This document shows, piece by piece, positions 1 through 12,500 of a stretch of DNA of 64,000 nucleotides. The first letter of the stretch is position 1. Every line of letters begins with the position of its first letter. Both the position numbers and the translations under genes were made by a program. The notes beneath the pieces were generated by a model that saw only the letters and a list, made by a program, of their open reading frames with translations, made no database searches and had not been told where the DNA came from. Location: assembly GCA_036172245.1 (NCBI GenBank), contig JAYWIR010000035.1, forward strand, positions 620,001-684,000, written 5' to 3'. Source of the stretch: Raillietiella orientalis. Its lineage: Eukaryota.

Positions 1-900
1 TTTCCTGCCTACCCTATCAGCAGCCAGCTCGAGCGTTTTTCCGACTGAGAGGCGCTCCCGGGAACGCGACCGTCCCCGCTGACCAGAGGGTTTTCCCCCG
101 CAGGCAAAAGAGGGGCCTCGGGTCCGTGCCCGTCGTCCAGGAGATGGGCCATTGCGCGGCCGGGGAAAGTGGGCGGGCGATAGCACGCGCCTCTGCCTTC
201 CCCCCCGCCAAAAGCCTCCATGACCAAGCCTGGTCCAGAGGCATTCCCCGAGGGATGCTCCCCTCCAGGGTGGATGCCTCCCCCTTCCTCCGCGCTTCCC
301 CTTCACGGAGGCGTAGCCGTGCCGCACGCCCGGGAAAGGACAGGGGCGGAGGCATTGAGGACTGATGCAGCCCGGCGGTCCTACCCGTCGGCCTCTCAAG
401 GGGCCGGCGAGGGCGCATCCTTGCGAACAATCTGGGAGGCGCTCCCGAGGCAGCTAGCGGAACAGGCTAGTCATCGACCGGCAGAGCAGGGCGGGACCGC
501 TGCACCCCTCTCTGAACCGACTGGTCGCCCCGCTCTTCGACCCGCGGCGCAGTTGCTGCCGGCCTCCCGCTTAGGAGAGCCCGAAGGGCCTCCTTCTCTC
601 CTTTTCCCTGCGGTGAGCAAGGCTGCCGGAAGCGCCGGGAACCAAGCGGGAGGGATCGCCACCTCCTCCCCAAGTTCCCTTAGCGAGCCGTCGGCGGCCC
701 TCCCCTTCGCCCACAGTGGTAAGGTAAAGGGAGAGGGAGCAGGCCCCGCGTCCACACTATTCGCCGTCGGTCCATAGGAGGCCGCGAGGAACTCTTCTCT
801 TCGCTTGTTGCTCCCACCACACCCCGTTCGGGGCCCCGTCTGCGGACTCCCAGGCTCCTTTCGCCAATGGTGGGCGGAAACAGGCAGGGACAGACAAACG
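1..900 (+). mobile_element. Highly degenerate non-LTR reverse-transcriptase remnant
   Basis: Frameshifted SRGIP/EGCSP near 235-265 resembles the RT motif GxPQGCPLSP. It is followed by ALRTDA, which may be a decayed YADD. GC-rich like the neighbouring elements. Confidence 0.3.
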
Positions 901-1870
901 CCCAAAATTTCAATGAGTCAATTGAATCTTTTCCTTCTCCTCTCTTCCCCTTCCCTTCCTCCTTTTCCTCCTCCCTTCCTATCTCCTCCTTTTCTTCCTA
1001 TCTCCTCCTCCTTTTCCTTCCTCTTCCTCTTCCTGGTGGATACTGTTCTCCGGATCTCTGGCCGTCTGGATTTTTACACACCGTGGTCCCGCTGGAAACT
1101 TGCATCTCAGAGGCGGGAAGGAGGAGGAGGCGGGGGGAAGAGCAGGCCAGGAGCAGAAACAAAGAAGAAAAAAAAAAAAGATGGCAAGAGGAGAAGAAAA
1201 TGCAAATCGGATTTCATCCGGGGATTGCGGTCCGCGACTTATCTTCAATTAGATCCAACCCACTTCTCTCGGCATCGGGAAAGATGAGAGCGATTCATCA
1301 CAGCATCATTCATTATCCGATTTAATGGAGTTTCGCCTGGACTGAAATCATCCGCACGTCATCCCGCGGCTGACGTCCGTGTTGACAGGACTCCTGAAGG
1401 ATCGTTGACGCATGGGTGATTTCGGTAATGGAAAAATCTTCGGTCTTCCAGAATGATCCCGGGTTTCAATAACTTTCCATTTAAATTTGATTAGATCCGC
1501 AGGGAGGTGCCGCGGAAGCGGGAGAGATCGAGGAGCGAACGGGTTCTCTCGGGAGAGCGCACTGTGCTTCCGGGAGTGGGGTTTTTCCCGCGTCGGACCG
1601 AAACTGGCTCGCCCCGCCGGATCAGGCATCCTTGCCTCCTGCGTCCCCTCCTCGGTCCCCTTCGCCGCTCGACCCCAGGCAGTCTTCCCACCTTCCACGT
1701 CTTCGGAAGCTGCGAGAGGCTCGGCACACGAAGGGAAAGGCGCGGGAACGCAAGCGCGACCTCCGACTCCCCAGGAGCGATGCGAGCTCCCCCGAGGGGG
1801 GGTCGAAGGCAGGGGTAACCGAGCGCCGCTCTTTGCCCCTCCTTTAGCGGGATGGCAGCACCGAAGTTCT

Positions 1871-2945
1871 TCGCCCTATCACTCCGGGCGTTTATTTTAT
1901 GAAAAAGGAACCAGTTGACAAGACGCCGGTTCCCAACTGACGACAAGAGAAGATCGAGGGAGCGGGAGGAGGACAACAAAAGGAAAGTGAAGATACGGAG
2001 GGTTGGGGTCTTTGGGTTCGCTCCGTATGCACCGGGGATCAACATGAAAGGACTGGGAAAGTTATGGAGCGGAAAGGAGTGGTCAATGAAAAAAAAAAAA
2101 AGGGAGGCTAGGATCAAAGGTCACCGGTATCCGCCGTTCCTCCATTTCAAAAGCGGCGCCGGATGCCCATGATCTACTCCTCCACTGCTTCTTCCAGGAG
2201 AGGTCACCTGGCAGCCGACCTCACGTAGGCGGCTGCCGTCCCGGTGTCCTCCCTTCGCTAAGCTGTCGCCTCCAGAGCGTGACGGCGAGCCGTGACGATG
2301 GCGTGGGCACAACTCCGAGTCGTCGCGGTCTCTGAGTCGCTCGAGATTGCCCCCGGTGCGAAGAACCGTCGCAGCAGGCCCCCTCGGGCGGGACGGTGTT
2401 CTCCTAGTGCAGGAGCATTGACACCAGCCTCCGCCACGGTCCCCGGAGGGCGCCGCAGTCCAGATTCAGGCGCCGGGGAAGTCCCAGCGACCTGCACCTC
2501 AAGCAGCAGCTCAGGGATGCAGCAGCCCCTGCGGGAACGCGGATGCGGCGCCCGTCGCGCTGGAATCACCATCGGAGGAAGAGCAGCACAGCCTTGCCTC
2601 CGAGAGAGCGGGAACGCAGCATCCACCAGCTCGAGCGCCTTCCAGCCGCCCATGAGTTTCGTCCTTTCCGTGATGGTGTAGGAAAACTCCCCACCTTGCC
2701 GGTCGTTTCTTTCCCTGAGGGCAGGCAAGCGCCGAGGACGAGAGGGTGCAGCGGCCAGGGTTGACCACTTTGCCGTGCCCTGCATCGCCACTTCCCGTAG
2801 CGGATGCCGTAAGGGAGCAAAGATCGTCCGGGAGCATTTCCTGGAATGCTGCTTCCCCTGGAACAGCCTCTTGCCGCGAGGTGTGGAACTCCGTCAGGAG
2901 GGAAGAGATCCACGGATGGGCTTCCAGGAGGGAGGCGAGTTGAGC
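1871..2945 (-). mobile_element. 3' fragment of L1/Tx1-like non-LTR element (C-terminal zinc finger, 3' UTR and terminal motif)
   Basis: Minus strand reads CLRCRSLGLPRRLNLDCG (~2450-2510), aligning with CSGCREKETIPHLIVEC of the 48.9 kb copy. A T-rich tract follows at 2088-2101 and the family terminal motif at 1871-1900. Confidence 0.6.
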
Positions 2946-3129
2946 TTCCGGGGGGAAGTCGAATCTCCGCATCCTGTAGCGGTTGCCCGTTAACGACGAG
3001 AGCGTATTCCGCGGCTGGCGCATCTTTGCGCAACTCGCCTCCCTCCCGGAAACCCATCCGAGGATCTCGTTACGCTTGGAGGCAATAGGCTGTTCCAGAG
3101 GAGGCAGCATTCCAGGTAATGCTCCCGGA
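2827..3129. repeat. Imperfect inverted repeat, arms 2827-2945 and 3028-3129
   Basis: Left arm tccgggagcatttcctggaatgctgc...gggaggcgagttgagc matches the reverse complement of the right arm with scattered mismatches and one ~20 nt indel. Confidence 0.9.
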
Positions 3130-3849
3130 GGAAATTTAATGCCCTGGACCACTTTCCACCTCGCCTTTAGAAGCGATGACTCAGGACAGGACGGAGTGGT
3201 TCGACTGGTCGACCTCCTGACCGTCGTCACACCCCTTGCCGCAGTGCCATCTGCCCTCGGGGCAAGCGACGACGGCTTCCCGGCCTTCTGGCTAAGATAA
3301 GTGCGCAGGACGGAATGTGCACGCGCACATGACGGGGAGGCTTACAGCCTGGCGCGAGGTGCCAGTACTGGGAACTACACCTGCGGCCCGGTTCTCTTCA
3401 AGCACCGAAAATGCTCCGCGGACGGTGCAGCACCCGCCTACTCCGAGGGGGAGCAAGCAGCAGCAGCAGCGATCCTGAGGTCACCAACAGAGGTCCAGAG
3501 GAGACCCTCCTCTTCATCTTGGGCAGGTGGGAACGCGCCTGCTCTTCATCTGCTCAGGGCAACTCTGCCCTGAGCAGGTGGGCGTTTGGACAGCGAGTAG
3601 ACCGAGGAAAACCTCGGGCCTCTGGGTCAGCGTGGCTGGCCCGTAGCGCGCGTATTCCTTTCCCCAGGAGCAAGGAAGGAGCCGAGGTCGCTCGACCACG
3701 ACTTCCTCGGTCGCCTACCCGCGCTTTGTGGTCTCCCTATTTCCTTGGGAGCCAGCCGCCCTCAGGACGCGTTCTCCAGGAAACGCGCGAGCAGGTCTGA
3801 CTCGTGTCGCGAAGTCGGTCGGACCGCTGGAGGCGGAGTTTTGAGTTGT

Positions 3850-6800
3850 AGAGGTCAGCACTCTGGGAGCGCGAAAGATTCTGACTGACCCGACTTGTAG
3901 AAGGGACTCAACGCCGGGGGCGAGGAGCTCTTCTTGTTCCTGGCGCTGACCCCGGCAGGAACCCCCTGGTTAACCGGGACCGATGTCGACTCCGAGATCC
4001 GGGATCGGCACGATCCCAGGCAGGCGGGCGGAGGGAGTGGTACACGGGAAGAGACTGGACGCAGGTAGGTCGCACGGGAGAGGGGGCAGAGACGGGTGGA
4101 AGTCTGGAGCGCGCGCGCGCCGTGCGATGAAGGCAGGCCGATGTCGTCGAAGCAGCTGCTTCTTGCGAAACGCGTGGGAGGGCTCTCAGCAGTCCGCAGA
4201 ACCTCCGACGGTGCACGTAAGCCTGGTGGCAAGCGTGGGTGCTCTCGGATTCCAGCAGCGGAGGCTGGAGGAACTCTTTTCGATCTGGTGGGGAGGGGCG
4301 GTCCATCCAAACATCCGAGACTCCACCGCTGATGCTCCATAGCGCAGGACGGAGTAGAGCGCACGCCTCTGCTGCTCGCCCTATTCTTCCTGAGTGGTCT
4401 ACTCCTCCTTCTCTTCCCGAGGGACCGATGAATCGGTGACCAGCTGATCGTGGTCTTCCGACAACCCCAAGGGTGGCTCCCATCGCGAAGTTTCCGCTTC
4501 TTCAATGCGGCAGCTTGGAAGATTCGGGAAGAGTCGAGGAAGCGGTGATCGAATTCCCACGCTGACCTTGACTGGCCGGGATTGGAAGCTGACCCTCCGG
4601 GATTCTTTCAGGAGGAACCAAGGAGCCGGTTCTTTGCGGGATTCCCCTCCGGTCATGAAAAAATGGAGCCGTTTCCTCTTGCCTCCTCTCTTCCTTAGGG
4701 GGTTCCCTCCATCGCGTTTCATGGAGCTGGACGATGCGTCTTCGATTTTCCAGGAGCGCGCTGCTCCCTTCGGGGAGAGCCCTTCAAAGAAATCGGGAAG
4801 CATCCCTTCGGGCCTCTCTCTTCGGAGAGGGAAACCAGGAGCGGATCCTTTCCAGGAGATCCCTCCGAGAACAAGGAAGAGGTTCCCTTTCAAGCGTAAG
4901 AGGAACGAACTCCTTCCTCCGGAACCTTTCTGGATTCATAGGATGGTACCCTCCCGGGTGCCCCCGATAACTTGAAGGACTGCACGCACCCCCGGGTGGC
5001 GTGGCCGGTGTCAAAGAACTTCTTGGGTCCCCCCCCCCTAGGGAGGCAGGGCACTCCTTGAGAGCCAAAGAAAAAAAAAACCGGAAGGAAAGCAGTGAAA
5101 GCGGAAGAACCCGAAAGGATTTTCATCGTCCAGTGTGACTGCTAAGGGGTTGCGGATGCCAGCTTTGCCGGATGATTGTCCTGGTAGAAGAACATCTGCA
5201 TCTCCTGCTTTACTGCGAATTGCCTGGCTTCTGGTCTTCGCGTGGAGAAAGATCCACGGAGCGAGCAAGGCGGGGTGCGCTTGCCTTGCAGCGAGGCATC
5301 AGCAATCTCAAATCCCCGCAGAAGACGCGGTGGGCCTTGTCTACCCCCTTCCCCAATGCTGCCCTCCCTAAGGGACACAAGGGACAGCGTAATCCCGGCA
5401 ATGTAGAGAATAACATGTTGCATAGCAGCAAAGAAGAAGCTTCTGAGGTGTGGACAACTCGAGAAGTGACGGACGCTCCCACCCCGAGTGTCCCACCCCT
5501 AGGACTTTTCTATGCTGAGGCGAGCTGCTCGACTTCTCTCCGGAGGAGTCGAAGCGGCCCCCAGAGTGCTGGTGCCCTCTTCCTTAAGTGGCAGGCGTTG
5601 GCGCTGCTGGTGACGCATGGGGGAATCCCGTGCAAAGCTCGTCTTTACCACTGGACACGGGGGGGAAGCGTGGATGCTCAGAGTGCGACAGGTGCGAGAA
5701 GGAGAACTCCCGCATCTGCTGTTGTACAGTACTGTACTGCTTTCCGACCCCTTTGGGACCGCCTCGTGGCGATCCTAGGAATCCCGGCGGGCGGCCCAGG
5801 GACATTTGGAAACGCCTCTTCGTGAGTGCCGCTCTGCCAGCGCCCTCGTCCCTCGCAGTTTTCTGCTGTCTTCGCAGGACGGTGGTGGCTGGAACTCCAG
5901 AAGAGACCGAAATGGCAGGGATTCCATCCATTGGGCGCAGATCGTCCTCAAGAACGTTTCGAGATGGCCCCACCTGAACGAGACACGAACGTAACTTGCT
6001 AGCATCCTGAGCAGGATGCAGAGGACGCCTGGCAGCGTATTGTGATCCCTTCCTCGGTCCCCCTTCTCTGTGTAAACTTCTCCCTTCCCTGGTTTGTGTG
6101 TTTTTGTTTTCCTTCCCACCACGCCGAAGCGGACCCGCCGGTCTGCGTTCCGCTCTTCGGCAGGTTCCAAGCACGTGGTAGAAGGTGGTAGAACCAAGGG
6201 TTCCACCACACCGATACATTTTCATTGCTTGCCGTGGTAAATACCTCATCATAACCGGGTGACAATCATCCAGCGTGACGTCGCAGCAGGCAAGGAAGAA
6301 GAGCCTACAATGCGCTCCTTTTAGTCATGATAGGTAGTGCAGTTGGTGCCTCACTTGAGTGCGCCTTGAGCGCAGCGAGTCCAGCATCTTCCGGAACACT
6401 CGGAAACCTAGTAGTGGTCACTGCTCTCTCGTTTCTCGCAGAGGTTTCCGAAAGCACATCCAAGGAGGATGTCCTCAAGGGAAATAAATGGACCCAGGTA
6501 GTATAGGAACGGACGAGAAGAGATCCAGCTGGCGAAAACGTCTTTCGGTTCCCCTGTTGCCGTTCAGGAGCTCAGGAGCCGTCAGGTGTATGGTCTTGGC
6601 CATCGCAAAAGGCAGTAGACCTCTCTTCCGGACCGCGACCACGACTTCAGCAACCTTTCTTTCCCGAAACTCCAGGGAATAGCCTTCTCCCGTAGCCAAG
6701 GAATCTCTCCGAGGGACTGCATTCCTCGGTGGAACGCGGAAGTGGGAATCCTGTTGGCTTGTAGTCCAGGACGCGAACTGGAGCTCACCTGGTTGACAGC

Positions 6801-8500
6801 GTCCCTTGGAAACGTTCCTTGACCCATTCTGCCCCGAATGAGCGCTTCCCTGGCTGCATCGGAAGGCACGTGCGAGAGTCAATCTTTGCTGTTGCGCTGC
6901 CTCGCCGGCTTCCACCACCGATGATGTGCCAAGGACTGCTTTTCGGGAGGCTGTCTGCAAGGTGGGAGCGGAACTTCACATGGCACCCTCGGGGACCTTG
7001 CGTCCATCTTCGAAAGAACGGCTCCTTGCCATAAGACAATCCCTGTCCTCGATGCTCCATCAGAGCGGAACCTGGACTCCTACTCAGATTTCAACCCTCC
7101 TCGATGCCAGACACCGGGATGGCTAAGAGTGGATTTGAGCGACGATCCAAACGGACGTCTCTTCAAGCCATGGGTATTCTTAAGCGCATCCTTCTTCAAC
7201 TACTCCATCCCGACCCCCCACCTTTGTTTCTCCATTCACGGACCCTTCGGGGATTCCGCTCTTCGCGAACTCTCCTAGAATCCGGGACAAGAAACTCGTC
7301 TGCCTGCTCTCGGCTTCATCATCGAGAAGTCTGGTCCCGCCAAGGAAGCGCTCCGAAACTCTTTTTCCTTGGGCGGGTTTTCTTGCCACGAATGTTCCAG
7401 GTACAACGACCCCCCCTCCCTCCCTCCTCCTCCTCCTCCTCCTTTTCAGCTGCGGATCCGAGCGCTATCCGCGGCCGCAGCCAGGACCTCCGAGATGCCC
7501 TATGCCAGGCATCGATCCCGGAAGCTCCATGTCGGATGTTTCACTGCGAAGGCGTTTCGCGCATTCCGAAAGACCGACGGGAGGAGAAGGGGATCCCGGG
7601 GGCCGGGTTGTCTTCCGCAGTCCCCGACGCGAAATACAGGAAATGAGAAGTTTCTGTGCGGAACCGTTCCGTCGCCTCGGAGATCGACCCGGGGGGAGTC
7701 CACTCCCAGCCCTGGGATATTGAATTCACTTATTGTCGATCTAGTCAATTTGACTTGATGGGTGATCACGCTGATGCGCGGAGGCCTAAACTTCGGGTTT
7801 CAATAACGGGCGCGGGAGATCGCCGGAGAAATCCGAAATTAGCAGGGCGCCTCTGGGAATCGTAACTTCCGCTTAAGTTTAATGGAAAAGCAAATTGCCC
7901 AACCTCTTCGGAGAGCTGCAGCAGCGGATCCTGAGATGTAATTAGGAAGAGGTCATTTGAATTTCCGGGAACGAAGAAGCGCACGTGGTCATGAAGCTCT
8001 GAGTCAAACGGCGGCGGCGGCGGCTTCCTGCGATTGGACGCGAACCTGGAGATGATCTTCGAGACGAGCAGCCGTCGGAAGAGGCGCGCGCGCTCCCAAG
8101 AGGAGATCTCGCGCGAAGGCCCCCCACCGGACCTTTCCTGGATTTCCACCACCGCACGGCGGAAAGCCTTCCTACCCTCCCTCCCTTACTCTCTCTCTCC
8201 TCCCCCCGTTCTTTCCCCGGCATCTGACCACGCGCATCCCGGAAAATCTGCGCCACATGGACCCGTGGAGGAACGGAGGGACTACGAGATGCCGCTGATG
8301 GTTTCACTCGACCGGAGACTGACTGATGAATTCAAATCCCTCTGTGAGGCGCTCCCCGTGAAACGCTGACGTCACCAGAGGTTAAAGCTGGCAGCTGTTC
8401 CCTCGACGACTGTTTGATCGAAGCAGAACCAGGAAACGTTTCCGTTTCATTGGGCTCAACACGTGATTGCCACTCTTTCAATACGGCAGATTTGGGAATG
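3850..8500 (-). mobile_element. Decayed L1/Tx1-like element (possible ORF1, endonuclease, RT), interrupted by an insertion at ~5430-6263
   Basis: Motif remnants occur in the expected order on the minus strand: LQFASWT (~6780, like endonuclease start IASWNV), KKFFDTGH (~5010, like DxxKAFDxVxH), a decayed RGxxQG region (~4810) and SLGCLD (~4320, like GGLG). Many stops and frameshifts; boundaries approximate. Confidence 0.55.
5430..6263 (+). mobile_element. 5'-truncated 3' fragment of the Tx1-like family, nested antisense in the older element
   Basis: ORF 5172-5825 contains WTTREVTDAPTPSVPP...LKWQALALL..HGGIPCKARLYHWTRG, homologous to WTTRELADTETPSVPP...LKWQETALL..H*GLLCRARLSHWTLG at 48.6-48.9 kb. 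Ends with a hairpin (6185-6209) and accgggtga (6254-6262). Confidence 0.75.
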
Positions 8501-8524
8501 ATTTAGGAGGGATCAGGAGGGATG

Positions 8525-8532
<8 letters not shown>

Positions 8533-8562
<30 letters not shown>
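8533..8562. repeat. (TC)n microsatellite
   Basis: About 15 TC units, directly visible. Confidence 0.95.
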
Positions 8563-8568
<6 letters not shown>

Positions 8569-9449
8569 TGTTCTTTTCTTACACGAAAGAGGGGGTTCGG
8601 GTCGACACTTGCTATCTGGTGAGACGAGCGGAAACGCGAACGCGGGGACTTCCGCACCGAAAGGACGCCTCGAGTGCGCGTTTCCCCAAACGCTTCCGGA
8701 TCTCCTTGCCTGGTTGCCTGGGGATCCAGTGGACACAGGCTGACGGGAATCCTCTCAGAAACCTAATGAGCAATCCTTTTCCCGTCCGCCTGGGGCGTAA
8801 GCGCTGCTCAGAAAAGTACAGACGGGGCAGCCGACGCTCCCCTAAAGATCACCATCCTTCGATGTGTGCTGATTCTTTGCATTTCATTACTGGTTTCCAA
8901 CGCCTCGTTTTCAAGAAGAAACAAAAGAGATAGATAAAATGATCCTCCACAGGACTGTCCTGCAACTGTTCTCTCGGTTCGAGCATCTTTCAGCTACTCC
9001 ACAGCAGTGACCATGCGGGGAACGTGAGAAAATATTCGTGCAAATAATTGGCCATTTTTCAAATTGCTAAATCTCATGCACTGCTCACTTTCTGCTTTCC
9101 ACTCCCGAACGCTGCAGAGCCACAGTAGGGTAGAAACCTGCCAACGGCTGCTATGAGTCCACCTATGATGAATCGTAGGGAATCCGGAACCGCTTACGAG
9201 ATTTTTAATTGATTTCTCCCTAGTTTAGGAGTGTTTAAATTAATCTGTTCCCGTGTTCATACTTCAGAAGGATGGAGATGGGTGAAAAATTGTCCCTTCC
9301 TGATGATGGTGGTCAGGGCAGCTCACCTCTCGCGTGAGAACGTTAAGTGAAACAGAATCATTGCTGGGAACTTGTATACAAGCGTCAACCACTAGAGGAT
9401 AGACTCGACAGCGTGCGCAGCGGTCATTACGCAGGATGAGTGATGTTCG

Positions 9450-11350
9450 GCGGGAGAGTTACATGGAGCTTGAAACCTGCACAAAGCAGCAGCTTCTGGA
9501 ATGTGGCGTCGAATTTCAACCTCGGAATTCGCGATGGATCCAGATTCTTGACAAAACTCTCGGATTCTGAAAGACCTGCTGCCTCTGTGTAGGAAGATTC
9601 ATTACAGTGTGTAATGAATCTTCCCGAGATGCAGAGAGAGCCTTCCTGAACATGCACATGATAACTGTTACCCAGGAAACAATGAAATGCGGAAGGAGAT
9701 GAGACGAAGAAACAACGATCTAAGAGTTCGTTGGAGGCCGAAACTTCCGAACACGAAAACGGGTTTTGTCTGGATGTAAGAAACACATTTGTGAATCAGA
9801 GCAGAGGATCATTTGAAGGAAGATCCCACATGACAAATGACTTCTGAAGCATGGAAAAGCATGTACAGATTTTCGTTCCCTAGGAGCGAAAAGAGAAGCA
9901 CCATTTCCAGTTTGATTAAATTGCTAGAGATAAGGGTGCACCTTATCCCTGAATTTTTCGAATGTCCATTTTCTGAGCGTTCGCAAGACCAGTTTGACTG
10001 ACTTCTCCGCAACTCCAGGAACATGATGGAGCATGCAAATGATTCACCTGGAAGATTGACTGCTTCCCTCGGACCGCGTCCCAGAATAAAATTCACGTTT
10101 TTCCACACATCTATCCACCTTCGAGTATCAAGATTCTTCACATCTTGTCTAGCAGAGGTTTCGCAACGTTCTACTTCCTGTCCGATGAAAGCATCTTTCC
10201 ATCTTTCGAGCCGGAACCATCGAAGAGGATCAATACATGTTCAGAAACTAGGTGTGCGGTTTCCCTTGTGATTTAAGAAGAGCCGAGTTCTCGACGAGTC
10301 AACCTGTGCTGCAAACCCGGAGTTACCAAGGAAAAATTTTCATTTTGATTGCACAGGCTTTGCAAATTAAAATTTGATTCTCTGCTTTGTCCTCATTCGG
10401 CGAGTTGTGAGTTCGGACTCCATCACCAGCTTGACGTTACTTCTGCAGGAACCATTGTACGAAATCTTTGATCTGCCTCAAGAAGTCTGCAACACCCGCA
10501 ATGTTGTTAAATATCAGCACTAAATGCTATGCTGCCTCTGCTTGGCTGCCTGGTCTGACGTCCAGGCAGCAAAGGCATTTTCTCTCGTTCTCTCAAAAAA
10601 TAAAATGCACTGAATAAAGTTCGGATGCAGCGACATACGGCTCCGTCCAATTAGGAAGGTTTTTTTGTCACTCTGGATAGGAAAAAAGAAATCTTCCAAG
10701 AGAACGCTCGTGATGGTTTCCTTAACAGCTTATGCAGAAACGCCTCATAGGGAATTTCCTTCAGGATTTTCTTAGCATGTGGTGAAATGGTACAGCAAAA
10801 ACCGCACGCAAATATGAAGAACGAAGTACTTGCAGAATTGCAGAATTATTATTGTCAATGAAATTTCTGCTTTCAGAAACACTGCATCTTTGAGCTGTCG
10901 ATGTAGGTCAGAGGTTTGCAAACCTTTCTCCTTGAATTAGGCAAAACAAAAAGATCACATTTCACAATTCAACCTAGAATGGCTCGTAGAATGTAGGGGC
11001 GATCGTCGACAGACATGTATTCAGAAAGTGCTGTTTACTAGAAATGTACAAGCATGTGTCCTGTTCCGAACAATTTGTGTGATTTAAAAACTTTCCCATT
11101 TTCTGTATGCTAATCCCAGTTTGAAATCATTGATGAAAGTTCACAAACATGCAGTCGGGAATGCGGGACGGTTCCCATGCTTATATCCAAACTTTCGAAA
11201 GATCTGGATTCATATAAGCGCATCCTTCTCCGAGGAAGTCAATGATAAAATAATTGTACTTTCTAAATTGGGTTGTTGATTATTAAATCTTGCATGAGAG
11301 GATGAAATATCAACCGTATCCATGCGTTCTTATTCAGAGTTCAGAGATTC
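9450..11350 (+). mobile_element. Old, AT-richer non-LTR RT remnant
   Basis: FCLDVRNTF (~9765-9790, like LDxxKAF), GCTLS (~9935-9950, like QGCxLS) and EHAND (~10030-10043, like YADD) occur at RT-like spacing. Confidence 0.4.
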
Positions 11351-11659
11351 AACAAGAACCCTCTAGAAAACCGAATTTTCATTTTTTGTTTTTCTTTTTT
11401 CTTTTTCCAGTATAGATTTTTCTCAAGAGGACAAATCGATCGAGTCCGTTTATCCTGGAAAGGTACAATCAAATAATTTCATATATTGTTTCATTTGATT
11501 AATTAATTTTGCTTTTCCTCCAACATGAGGTGGGAGCGTGGAGAGAGAGAGATCCGATGCATCATTCGTCATAATTGCGAACTTCCAAGTTCATCGAGCA
11601 TAGATTTCCTACCACCTTATACGAACACGAACTGAAGCTGACCACAGACCGGCAGAACT

Positions 11660-11961
11660 CATGTTTGGTACAAAAAAGCACGGTCTTTGTAAAACAACGA
11701 ATGAGCAAAATGTGAGTGCGATGAAATTTCCTTCCGAGAATTTATTGCAACCCTTTCTTACTATCGGCAAGCAGGGAGGACTCGAATGCGAGACACTCAG
11801 TTCCAAGCACTTCCTAGGAAGATGAGTTAAAAAAGTAACCGAGGAAACCAATCCGCACACACATTTCTGCATTAAGACGCCGAGAAACCCTAACAAGATC
11901 GGTACCCATACCCCCCAAGTCAAGCAAAATGTGTTTATGTTTGGAAAAAGCTTATCTGGAT
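11660..11961 (+). repeat. ~300 bp direct repeat, copy 1
   Basis: Near-identical to 13984-14282 (about 9 substitutions and one 3 nt indel by eye). Confidence 0.95.
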
Positions 11962-12045
11962 TTTCTGTACGATCATCGGTCGCCGTTTTTTGATGCTCAT
12001 TGTAAGCACAGAGACTTCTGGAGTTATGTGTAGTCACAGCATCCA

Positions 12046-12500
12046 ATGAAGCAAAGAGCTCTTGATCCCTTACCACTCAAAATCCAGTTTTCTTCCAAGA
12101 GGAAAGGATTCTCGCAAGCAGGACGATTTCGACAACTGTTTAAGGTCATCAAACAGTTTCTTCGACTCCTACTCCTAAACAGAAAGATTGGAAAGATGCT
12201 CAATCAGAATTCTGCTATCCTGAGATCTTTACCTTTCTTGAAATAAGCTGCTATTTCTTTAAACGTAGGAAATAGCTTGCCACCAAAAAACCCTGCCAAT
12301 AAAGCTTACAACTTGCAAAACGGGAAGAATTTTCGTGTTGAACCATTTTCGTGTTTCACTTGGACGTCAGGGCCAACTGAACAGGATGCAGCTCCTTCTA
12401 GTCTTCGTCACTTGTAAGTTAATGCACTCGTGAATGGAACAGTTTTACCTGTTATACTTGCGGCTTTATCACTTGCACTATACGAATAGCCTTTACAGTT
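12046..12500 (+). mobile_element. Degenerate RT fragment
   Basis: RKGFSQAGR (like QxGFxxGR), AAISLNVGNSL (like ISLDxxKAF) and VNG occur in RT order. Confidence 0.3.

Noticed and set aside
1..8900. Dozens of overlapping 60-240 aa ORFs as novel genes
   Set aside because: Arg/Pro/Gly/Ser-rich frames expected from GC-rich DNA; the only recognisable motifs are broken retrotransposon motifs.
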